Below the pieces are notes generated by a model. The model searched no databases and was not told the DNA's origin. It was given only the letters and a program-made list of their open reading frames with translations. A DNA stretch of 64,000 nt, taken from NCBI GenBank assembly GCA_023205875.1, contig CP060772.1, positions 248,001 to 312,000 on the forward strand, read 5' to 3'. How positions within the stretch are numbered: position 1 is the stretch's first letter; each line of letters opens with the position of its first letter. The DNA comes from Chloropicon primus. Lineage: Eukaryota. Below, in pieces: positions 1-9,544 of this stretch. A program made the translations under genes and the position numbers.

Positions 1-41
1 AGTCTCCTCCTCTCTCTCTCTCTCTCTCCAACCCAAACCAG

Positions 42-1065
42 AACTTGCTCAAGTGCAGTCGATGCCACCAGGCCTGGTTCTGCTCCGTGAGCTGCCAGAA
101 GCAGTACTGGCCGTTTCACAAGTCGGTGTGCAGGCGCAACGACTTTGCGGATGCCTTGGAGGGCTCGGAGCCAAAGTTTGCTTCGTGGATGAGAAAACAC
201 GGCAAGATCGCCGTGCTCAAGGTGAGAGACCTCCGTTTCCGGGTTCGCGATCTCTGTTAAGCTTGGGCCCGAAGCCTGACACGCACTGCCGCTTCCGTTT
301 CTTCTTCCACTTGTTGTCGAAACAATCTTTCTCAAAAACCGCCAGGACGACGAGGTGGATCGCTTGGAGAGGGCTGGCCAAGCTTGCAATGGGACGACGA
401 GGGAGGAGGTGATGAGCTCGATGTACGGCCGAGCAGATCCAAAGCCCCTCCCCCCGTCTTACACCCCCGAAGACCTGAAGAAGATGAAGGAGAAGGAGGA
501 GGCCCGGCTTTTGGAGAGCGCCAAGGTCGCGACCATCGAGGACAAGTCGTGGACCTCGATCCGAGTGGACCCGGATCTCGGCCTGGACTGCGGGGCCTAC
601 AAGTGGACCCAGACCCAGGCCCAGGTCTTGGTCTACGTCAAGCTCCCCCCGCAGCCATTCAGTCGCTACTCTTCCTTTGGAAAAAACTCTCAGGTCGAGG
701 TCTCGTTGGAGCCCCAGAAGCTGCGCGTCACGTCAAAGGGTCAGGAGACGATCATGTCCGGGACGCTCTACAGGGAGATCAAGTGCGACGAGAGCACTTG
801 GTACGTCACCGACGGAATTCTGGAGATCTGCCTCCTGAAGCGCTACCGACGCGGCTTGGCGTACCAGAAAGGGGAGACCAACGCGAACACGTACTGGAAA
901 TCTGTGTTCAAGGAGGCTTCACAGGAGGAGACCCTCTGTTTAAGGTATCCTCCCTCTTCCTACTACGACACGGAGTGGAAGATGGAAGGGGGAGGGGGGG
1001 ATCACACGACGCAGGGGAGGAGGAGGGTGGCGAGGGGAGAGCCGAAGAGAGTCACGGCAGTCTGA
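42..1065 (+). CDS. MYND zinc finger + CS/NudC-like (p23) domain protein; 5' end probably upstream of the window; exons 42-221 and 346-1065
   Basis: CSRC..AWFCSVSCQKQYWPFHKSVC is a MYND finger. YKWTQTQAQVLVYVKLP...GTLYREIKCDESTW...LEICLLK is a CS domain. A GT(222)-AG(345) intron joins both ORFs in frame (K|DDEVDRL). TGTAA lies at 1144. Confidence 0.8.
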
Positions 1066-1159
1066 GACATCCGCGCCCCCCCGCTGTTGGCACTACTGCT
1101 AAGTTGAACGACGACGCGACATGTTTTTTTTCGGATGAAAAATTGTAATCATATAATAA

Positions 1160-3007
1160 TTAGCTCTTTAAGCCTCCTTGAGTTGGCTTGACGCCATTCG
1201 GTTTGCTCCCAGTCTTGCCGTCCCCGTTCATCCCCAGCCCTCCCAGCCCTTCCAGAGCCTTGGCCTGCATCTGCATAATCTTCTCCTGCGTCTGCGGCTT
1301 TTGCGACACGTTCGCTTTGAAGCCATTCTGGGCGCTCGCGTGCCTTGGGCTCATGACTCCGCACCGGAGCTTGGTCTCCTCCAGCCTGTGCTTCACCTTC
1401 TGGAGGGCATCCTCGTGTCTCCGCTTCATCTTGATCTCTTCCTCCTTCTGCTGCCTGCACAGCTCCTCGATCTCGTGCTCGATGACCGTGATCTCCGCCG
1501 AGGGGTCGTGGTGGACGCCCTCGGGGCTTCCCGCCTTTGGCGGGTCCACCGCGTCGTCATTCGTGAGCTTCTTGACCTCCTCCTGGATCGCCGCCTCGAT
1601 CACGTCCTGGTCTTCTGGGGTCCAGCTGAACTCCTGGACCATCTCCGCGGCCACGCTCGCCGCCGAGTCCGATGTGCAGTCAAACAGGAACGAGACCGTG
1701 TTGCAGACTCCCCCCTCTGCTTTGATCTTCAGCTTCATGTAAAGCACGTTCTCGTTCTCCTCGCTGACCTTGCCCCTCACTCGAAACTCCGGGGCCAAGG
1801 AAGCCATGGACGGGCCCACATCCCCGTTCAGCCCCTCCGCTTCCCGCACGCTGTTGGTGAAGCTCCCGTTGCTCAGCGAGTGCGGCAGCCCCCTCGCACT
1901 CGCGTCGTCCTTGGTGGAGCCTCTGCTGCTGGACTTGGCCTCGGAGTCCGAGTTGTCGGGGGAGAGGCTCTCGTCCCCCCGCCTGCTTCCGTCCGCGCCG
2001 TTGCCCTCCACAGCATGCACCTGCATCTGCTGCTTCGCCTCCAGCTCCTTCTTTTCCAGCTTCTGCTTCTCCTTTTGGGCATCGTCCAAGGCCTTGAAGG
2101 AGGCGCTGGCCTTCACGCTCGGCTTCTTCTCCGGCTCTGGCTTGTACAAATACTCGCTGTCCAGGAGCTCCCTCGCGCTCGGCCTGTTCTCGATGTCAGA
2201 GATGCAGGACGTGATAAAGTCCTTGAGGTTCTCCTTCTCCACCCTCTCAAGGGCGGCGGGCCTTATGCCCCTGCTGACCTTCTTGTAGATCTGGGCCGCG
2301 TTCTCGCACTCCTGGTAAGGGTACTCGAACGTCACCAGCTCCAGCAGGCACATGCCGAGGGCGTAGATGTCCACCCTCTCATCGTAGTCCTCCTCATACA
2401 GCTCCGGCGCCATGAACTCCGGGGTGCCGAGGACGCTGGTGGCGCCCTGCGTCGTCCTCAGCAGTGTGGCGAGGCCCAAGTCTCCGATCTTGAGCTCGCC
2501 TTGGTTGCCGTTCACAAAGATGTTGTCGGCCTTGAGGTCCCTGTGGATGATCGGCGGGTCGTGGCCGTGGAGGTAGAGCAGCCCCCTCAGGATCTGCCTG
2601 GTCCAAGACTTGATGACCTTCTCGTCCAGCTTCTTGTGCCTCTTCCTGTACTGCCTCAGGGTGCCCGAGGTGAACATCTCCGTGATGAAGTTCACGTCCT
2701 GGGTCTCCTCGTCGATCCACGAGGCGTAAAACTTGATGATGCTCTTGTGGCTCAGCTCCTTCAGGAGGTCCACCTCCTGGAAGAGCCTCTCCTTCTCCTC
2801 CTCGGTCTTCACGATCTTGTTCACCCTAATCTGGTTCCACGCCACCTCGATGCCCTCCTCCCCGTCAAAGCCCTTGTACACCGTCTTGTACGCCCCCCGC
2901 CCCAGGACGTCGTCGTACCGGTGGTACCTCCCCGTCGGGTCCGTCTCCACGGGGATGGGCTCCGTCTCCTCGTTCGCTTCCACTAGTTTCTCAGACGTCT
3001 TCGACAT
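1160..3007 (-). CDS. WNK: WNK (with-no-lysine) Ser/Thr protein kinase
   Basis: LGRGAYKTVYKGFD..EGIEVAWNQ, IIHRDLKADNIFVNGNQGELKIGDLGLA and GTPEFMAPELYEE, plus a C-terminal F.FD..SDSA.SVAAEMV autoinhibitory-type motif. Start taken at ATG 3007. Confidence 0.95.
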   Translation of the reverse strand: MSKTSEKLVEANEETEPIPVETDPTGRYHRYDDVLGRGAYKTVYKGFDGEEGIEVAWNQIRVNKIVKTEEEKERLFQEVDLLKELSHKSIIKFYASWIDEETQDVNFITEMFTSGTLRQYRKRHKKLDEKVIKSWTRQILRGLLYLHGHDPPIIHRDLKADNIFVNGNQGELKIGDLGLATLLRTTQGATSVLGTPEFMAPELYEEDYDERVDIYALGMCLLELVTFEYPYQECENAAQIYKKVSRGIRPAALERVEKENLKDFITSCISDIENRPSARELLDSEYLYKPEPEKKPSVKASASFKALDDAQKEKQKLEKKELEAKQQMQVHAVEGNGADGSRRGDESLSPDNSDSEAKSSSRGSTKDDASARGLPHSLSNGSFTNSVREAEGLNGDVGPSMASLAPEFRVRGKVSEENENVLYMKLKIKAEGGVCNTVSFLFDCTSDSAASVAAEMVQEFSWTPEDQDVIEAAIQEEVKKLTNDDAVDPPKAGSPEGVHHDPSAEITVIEHEIEELCRQQKEEEIKMKRRHEDALQKVKHRLEETKLRCGVMSPRHASAQNGFKANVSQKPQTQEKIMQMQAKALEGLGGLGMNGDGKTGSKPNGVKPTQGGLKS

Positions 3008-4185
3008 CTTCTTCTTCAAGTCGTTGTTGTTGTTGTTGTTGATGATGTTGTCTCTCTCTCTCTCTCTCACTAGAGGTTGGGTTGTTGTTCCTTCGACACT
3101 CTCAAGTAGAAAGAATACTCCGTCGCTAGCGGCGGTTGTATTTTCCAAATGCACGAAAGCCACGCCACTTTCAACGCAGAACAGCAGCAGGCCTGTCAAA
3201 GAACCACGTCAGGTCTGGGACGTGGCATCATCATCATCTTTCCTCCTCCTTCTTCTCGAGTAGCAGTAGCAGCACACACACACACACACACAAAAATGAA
3301 AAGTCTTTTGGTGTGTTGTTGTTGCTGCTGCTATGTTTTTTTTCCCTCTCCTTTTTAGGGTCTGGCACTTCCAAGGATCTAGGTCGAGGTCTCCAGTGGT
3401 GTGACGCCAAGCCAAACCAAGGAAAGGAAAGGAAAGGAAGCGTCCGTGCTTCTGTGGGGCAAGTCCGCCAGTCCAGTTCTTCTCTCTCTCTGTCTCTCTG
3501 TCTCTCTGTCTCTCTGTCTCTCTGTCTCTCTCCTTTATTCTGTTACGGCAAAAAAGAAAGAAAGAAGACGCAGCTGGTTCAAGTTACGTTGAGAGTCGTC
3601 TCCTCGATGCGATGCTCCTCGATGCGATGCTCCTGCTGCACAAAATCCATTGGGCATGCATCAAAAAAAAAAAAAAAAAAAGGAAAGGACACAAAGCTTG
3701 TCAGCGTTTGTTGTGTTCATCTTCTTCACGAGGGAGGCGCTTTTTTCGTGTGAGGGTTCGTTGGAAAGAGCGAGACGTAACACTTCGTTCGGCATGAACC
3801 TCGCTCTCCTCCTCGTTCTCCTCCTCGTCGTACACCTCACCTCTCCTTGGGATGATGAGAACACAAAACTACGAGACACCAAAACGTGTTCGAGTTCGTC
3901 TAGACCCCTTTCCCGTCACCCGTTTCGCCCAAGAGAGAGTTCGTTGGAAAGAGCAAGAGATGTTCTATCGTTTCGTGTGAACCACTTTCGCTTTTGTTCT
4001 CCGCGCCGTCCTCCGTTCGGCGAAGAACGTACCCCTCCACCTCGCACACAACCCGGATCAATTCGTTCGCGCTCTCCCTCCGTTGGTTTTTGCAGACCGA
4101 AAAATGAGGGAAAACGGAATTTCGTAGAAAACGCGACTTGACGCCGCCGCTCCAAACCACGGGGAAGAAAAACAACATAGACGAG

Positions 4186-4558
4186 TGTAACGTGTGTAGG
4201 AATAAGTGTACAATGACCTCGTTACACCACTTTTGTGCCTTGTACACTCATGTGTTATCCCTTTCGTCCTTTTGGAATGTAACGTGTGTATTCAAAAGTG
4301 TACCATGACCTCGTTACACCACTTTTATGCATAGTACACTCATGTGTTATCCCTTTCGTCCTTTTGGAATGTAACGTGTGTATTCAAAAGTGTACAATGA
4401 CCTCGTTACACCACTTTTATGCATAGTACACTCATGTGTTATCCCTTTCGTCCTTTTCGAATGTAACGTGTGTATTCAAAAGTGTACCATGACCTCGTTA
4501 CACCACTTTTATGCATAGTACACTCATGTGTTATCCCTTTCGTCCTTTTCGAGTGTAA
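4186..4558. repeat. Tandem array of four ~92-bp units with internal inverted repeats
   Basis: TGTAA starts at 4186, 4278, 4370, 4462 and 4554 (period 92). Units 2-4 are nearly identical and unit 1 is more diverged. Confidence 0.95.
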
Positions 4559-4867
4559 AGTGGTTTGGGTTTGAAAATCCCCCCCCAGCTCTTGAAGGTG
4601 GTTCTTCTTCAGAACTGCACTGCTCTTGAGCGTCGTTCGTTGCTTCATTCTTCCCCTTCCTCCTCCTCCAGGGGGCGAGAGAAGGAACCGAGCGTTACAA
4701 CCGTTACACAAACACACACACACACACATTCTCTCTCTCTTTCTCGACACACAGGTGGTTTCATTCCAAATACCATTGAAGGGAAAGGGACAGAGAGAGA
4801 GAGAGAGAGACCAAGCTCCTTTGGCTTGTTCTTGGGTACGGAGGCGACGACACGTTCGTAACGCACG

Positions 4868-4900
<33 letters not shown>

Positions 4901-4912
4901 GTGCGTTACGGA

Positions 4913-7036
4913 ATGACGATGCTCGTGGATCCTCGTCGTTCCCCGTCGTCCTCGTCGGTGATGGCTCACGACAATGACGACGACGACGACGACGCATCAT
5001 CATCTTCATCCGATTCCGAATCCGAATCCTCGTCCTGTTCGTCTGAGTGTGACATTCCCATCCTGGGAGAGGTGGAGTTCGGGAACACGGTGAAGGTATC
5101 GTCGTGGTCGCCGACGATGGACGTGTTCGTCGTGACGTACGAGGACGTAACGCACGTGGACTTGTATCACATGAACTTGAAGAGGCTTTGGAGCATCCAG
5201 GGGAAGAGAAGGGCGACGGCGTTGACGTGGAAGCCGGACGGGACGTGGCTCGCCCTCGGGTACGAGGATGGGAGCATCTCCCTGGTGGAGACGGAGACGG
5301 GGGATGCCCACGCGTGTGCGATGGAGTTGTCCTCCTCGGGTACGAGGTCGAGCCCGATAAAGCTCTTGCACTGGCAGGACGCCAACGACTGGGTGCCGGT
5401 GACGCGGGCTGAGGTCAAGGCCAAGGCGGAGGTGGGCAGGGTCTCGGGCGGCTTCTCCCTGCTGTGCAGCTGCGACGCTGAGATGATGCTCCAAGTGAGC
5501 GCCCACGGGCTCATTCCCCTGGCGAAGGTGGACATCAAGAAGCAGGTCGAGGAGGCCCTGCCCCCCTCGGACTCGGACGAACAGGCGCCGATCGGGCTTG
5601 CCCCCCTCGCCCTGTCGGCAAACAGCGGCTTCACCCAAGTCCTCGTCTCCTTCTCCCTCGAGTCGGCGGGGAAGAAGGTGCTGATGTCGGCCCTGCTGGA
5701 CACGAGCGCCCTGAGCGACATGAGGTCCGACATCTGGCACTGGGCGGATTACATCTCCATGCTGGAGGGGGACGTGTCCAAGCTCAGGGCGACCATGAAG
5801 TCGCTCAGGCCGCAGCTCTCGCACCTCAATCAGAACTACCCTTGGATCTCCCAGGACGGCGGGGCCGAGGGGAACGGGTCCAAGTACCAGATGACCCTCT
5901 CCAAGCTGAACAAGTCCCTCCTCCTCGGGTACTCGTCCGTCGCCAACTCGATGGTCGTGCAAAAGTCCTGCAAGGCGTCCGCGGTGGAGATCGACAAGGC
6001 CCTCGCCAAGCTGTACCAAGTGCTCACGTACGACTTTCTGCCCCAGCTGGAGGCCGTGTACCAGCACCTGCAGGGTTACGCCAGCAGGAGCTCTTTTTGG
6101 AACGCCGGCTTCTTCGAGAAGAGCAAGAGTCTCGACGGGGAGACGAACTTGATGGGGGAGATGTTCCAGTACACGTCCGAAGCGATCTTGCTGGCGCAGA
6201 GCCTGCAGCCCTCGATCTTGGCTTGCTCGAGGCAGGCGAGGGAGTACTTTGCTTGGCTCCACAGCAGCCAGCTCTCGCTGGACAAGGAGGAGCTGCCGCA
6301 CTCCCAGATCAAGGCCTTGCTCCAAAGCGAAAGGATGAGCGGAGCCATCCTGGGAAGCCGAGAGCCGGGGGCGGGGAAGGGCGCGGAGGCCGCTTACATG
6401 GACTGGACCTCCCTCGCTGGGATCTTGGAGGACTTTCAGGAGCAGATCGCTTCCCTCGCTTACTGCTTCGGCAACTGCATCGTTTCCCCGTGCAAGCTGT
6501 TCTCGGAGAGGGTGAAGGTCGGCGCTTTGGATGTCATGGAAGAGGTCGAGGCGGTGAGCAAGCAGAATCAGAATCAGAATCAGAATGGGGGGGACAACCA
6601 GTATCGGGTGGCCGCGGACTTGGTGACCTCAGGGGAGGTGGAAGCCGAGCAAGACTTTTGGAACGTAGTCGTCTACCGGGTGCTGGGCAGCTGGGCGAAA
6701 ATCTACACCGTGGCCAGCTCCGGTGTCACCGGGAAGAAGGACTTGTCCTTCGAAGAGGGGGAGATCTCCAGCTTCTCGTTTTACAAGTGGCCTTACCTCA
6801 CCTGGATCGTGGGCAGCAGCGACGCGGACGGCGGGGAGGCCAGCATGGTGATCATGAACAGGAAGGAGGGGGCGGTGGAGGACACCAGCATCTGCGTCAC
6901 GGAGGGGGCCCACGTGAGGTCGAGGGCGCTGGGGGGAACGCACGTCGAGCATTTCGCGGTGAGCAAGAACAGGGGGACGGCTTACATCCAGGACGCGAAG
7001 CAGAACGTCGTCGTTTTCGATCTGGAAGACGATTGA
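4913..7036 (+). CDS. APC4: Anaphase-promoting complex subunit 4-like (N-terminal WD40, helical middle); start could be 4913, 4919 or 4961
   Basis: SWSPTMDVFVV...LKRLWS...TALTWKPDGTWLALGYEDGSISLVETETG matches the ANAPC4 WD40 N-terminus. LSAHGL.P..K-type and FAWL motifs follow. Intronless 2.1-kb ORF. Confidence 0.8.
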   Translation: MTMLVDPRRSPSSSSVMAHDNDDDDDDASSSSSDSESESSSCSSECDIPILGEVEFGNTVKVSSWSPTMDVFVVTYEDVTHVDLYHMNLKRLWSIQGKRRATALTWKPDGTWLALGYEDGSISLVETETGDAHACAMELSSSGTRSSPIKLLHWQDANDWVPVTRAEVKAKAEVGRVSGGFSLLCSCDAEMMLQVSAHGLIPLAKVDIKKQVEEALPPSDSDEQAPIGLAPLALSANSGFTQVLVSFSLESAGKKVLMSALLDTSALSDMRSDIWHWADYISMLEGDVSKLRATMKSLRPQLSHLNQNYPWISQDGGAEGNGSKYQMTLSKLNKSLLLGYSSVANSMVVQKSCKASAVEIDKALAKLYQVLTYDFLPQLEAVYQHLQGYASRSSFWNAGFFEKSKSLDGETNLMGEMFQYTSEAILLAQSLQPSILACSRQAREYFAWLHSSQLSLDKEELPHSQIKALLQSERMSGAILGSREPGAGKGAEAAYMDWTSLAGILEDFQEQIASLAYCFGNCIVSPCKLFSERVKVGALDVMEEVEAVSKQNQNQNQNGGDNQYRVAADLVTSGEVEAEQDFWNVVVYRVLGSWAKIYTVASSGVTGKKDLSFEEGEISSFSFYKWPYLTWIVGSSDADGGEASMVIMNRKEGAVEDTSICVTEGAHVRSRALGGTHVEHFAVSKNRGTAYIQDAKQNVVVFDLEDD

Positions 7037-7477
7037 TTGAGTTGAGGAAGAGGGAAGAAGGGAAACAAAACAAAAATCATCTAATATATCTAAGGCGGTG
7101 TGCCTGCCTGTGAGACACATGCATGCATGCGTGCGTGCGTGAACAGCGGTTATAGTTGTTGATGAAAGTTCCGAGGTGGAGCTTGTGCAACGAGAACTGG
7201 ATCTTGGGGTCCCTTGAGGTCGATGGCGAAGGCGAACACTACCGCGTTGTACGACGCGGTGGGGGACTGCGAACAAGTCTAGCAGCAGCGGGAAGAAGGG
7301 AAAGAAAATCAGGAGATGATGCATTATAAGAATCCCTAAGAATTATTTGTGCGAGGAAACCCCTTTAACTTCTTTACGATGCACCACGCACGCCTTTTTC
7401 GTTTCCTTTTTCGTTCGTTCGTTCGTTCTTCTTCTTCCTTGCTGTTCGGGGCAGGCCTCTCTCTCTCTCTCTCTCTC

Positions 7478-8642
7478 TCAGGATGATTCTTCGGACCCCT
7501 CCGCCTCTGCGGACGCGGCGGTCGTTCCCGCCGAGACTTCCGAGCCCGAGGGCTCGGACGAGGGCGTGCTCCAGATTCTGATGGTGCCGTCCTCCGATCC
7601 AGAGGCATACGAATCGCCTCCCGGGGCAAACCTGACGCAGTGAACGGGCCCGTGGTGCCCCTTGTTCTGGGCAATCTCCTTGCCAGTCTTGTAGTCGTAG
7701 AGGTGGACCCACATGTCCTCTCCGCCCGCCGCAAAGTAGCCCTTCTCCTCGCACAGGGAGGCGCTCTCCACCGTGAAAGGGATCGTGCACGAGTCCTTGA
7801 CCTTGTCCCCCGTCTCGGCCTTCCAGAAGCTGACCTGGTTGCCGCTCGCCGTCGTCACCACGTCGCGAGACGACAGCTCGATGGAGGTGACAACGTCCTT
7901 GCCCGTGTCGAAGCAGAAGGCAGCCTTGCTCGTCGTGTCTCTCACGTCCCAGACGGCAACCCCGCCCTCGCCGGCGAGGGACGTGTAGATCAAGTTCTCG
8001 TTCTCGGTGGACCACTTGGCGCACTTCACAGCGGAGCTCTGCTTTGGCAGAGACACGGGATCCGCCTCCGGCTTGGTCAGGTCGTAGATCCTCAGCTGCT
8101 TCTCGAACCCTCCCGTGCAAAGCTTGGCCGAATCCGGCGAGAAAGACACGCAACGCACGATGTGCTTGTGCCCGAACTCGTACACCTGATCCCCCGTGAG
8201 GCCGTCCCACACCTTGGCGGTGAAGTCCGCAGATCCCGTCGCCGCCAGCGTCGCCGGAGCGTTCAAGCAAGCACTCCACACCGCTCCCTTGTGCCCCTCA
8301 AACGTTCCTATCCAATCCCCAGTCGTCCCATTCCTCAACATCGGCTTCCCGTCCTTGCTCGCACTCACGATGAACACGCCGTCCTTGGTCACCGGAGAGT
8401 ACTGCAAGTCCACGATGGGACGAGAGTGACCGTGACACACCATGGGTCCACTGAAACAGATTTGGATCCTCTGCTGCTGCTGCTGCTGGTTTTGTTGGTG
8501 TTGCGTTCCTTCCGAGGACGAGGAGGATGAGGAGGACGAGGACGAGGACAACTTTGGGTCTTCCGTCGTTGTCGTCGTCGTCGTCGTCGTGGCGGAGTTC
8601 TTCTCCATCGTCTCTGCTCCTGTTGTTGCTGCTGCTGCTGCC

Positions 8643-8644
<2 letters not shown>
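7478..8644 (-). CDS. STRAP: Serine-threonine kinase receptor-associated protein (WD40; UNRIP)
   Basis: CHGHSRPIVDL, SASKDGKPMLRNGTTGDWIGTFEGHKGAVW and GHHGPVHCVRFAPGGDSYASGSEDGTIRIW are STRAP-family motifs. Confidence 0.93.
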
Positions 8645-8675
<31 letters not shown>

Positions 8676-9544
8676 TTGGGTGAACGGTGAATGAATGAAA
8701 TGCTTCACACAAACTCAGAGCAACTGAGAACCAATGAAGTGAAGTGAAGCTCAAAGTCCAAACGCAACTCCGACAAGGAATGAACCCACGGAAAGCTTCG
8801 TCGTCGTCGTCGTCGTCGTCGTCGTTTGAATGAATGGTTTTCTTTTTTTCTTTCCGTCCGAGTGAGGAAGAATGAATGAAAAAAGAAAAGGAATGAAAAA
8901 GCAAAGAGCAAGTTTGGTGGAAGTGATTGGGTGCAAAAGAGTTTGACTCCGTAGCGGTCACCTCGCGCTCCTCCACTTCTTCGCCTTCTTCTTCGCGATC
9001 GATCGCGATCACTCGATCACTTCCTTCCTCTTCTTCGATCGATCGATCGCCGCCGAAGGTTGAAGACCTTCTCGCGATCGATCGTGAGAGAGAGAGGAGA
9101 GGAGGGAGGAGGTGAGTGGAGTGGAGTGTTTCATGACGGGAGGAGGGACGCAGAGGGGGAAGGGAGGGAAGGGGAAGGACAAGAGGCGAAAAGTTTTGAT
9201 CGTGAGCTTTCGAAGGAGCCCACTCTTGCTCTCTCTCTCTCTCTCTCTCTCTCTCGACGTCGATGTCGATGGTCTCCTCCCCCTCCCCTTGAGGAAAGAG
9301 AAACGAATGGGCAATCGTCGTTCAAGGTCTGAAACGTTCTCTTTTCTTTCTCTTGTTTCTTCTTCTTTGTTTTTGTTTGAAGGTGAGTTGTCGTAGAAGA
9401 GGAAGAGGAGGCGTTACGAGCGTTAGAACTCCCTCCTCCTTTCGGAAGGCGTGGACTTGTTTGTTTTTACGGGTTCCTTTTGGTTTCAGAATCGTTTTCG
9501 GGTTTGAAACGAAGACAACGAGGACAACGAGGACAACGAGGACT

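Noticed and set aside
1178..2986. Long antisense ORFs (also 5006-6325, 9767-11947, 37265-38728, 42125-43933)
   Set aside because: These are shadow ORFs caused by strong GC3 codon bias in the real genes on the opposite strand. They show no domain signal.
3136..4180. Many short ORFs in the WNK upstream region
   Set aside because: They are translations of microsatellites and low-complexity UTR or intron sequence.
4186..4558. CRISPR array
   Set aside because: Whole units are repeated with no unique spacers, there are no cas genes, and the context is eukaryotic.
9353..9544. N-terminal extensions of CUL3 (and of WNK 3008-3199, paladin 31119-31331)
   Set aside because: They start at non-ATG codons and run through simple-repeat leader sequence. 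Homology begins at the downstream ATGs.
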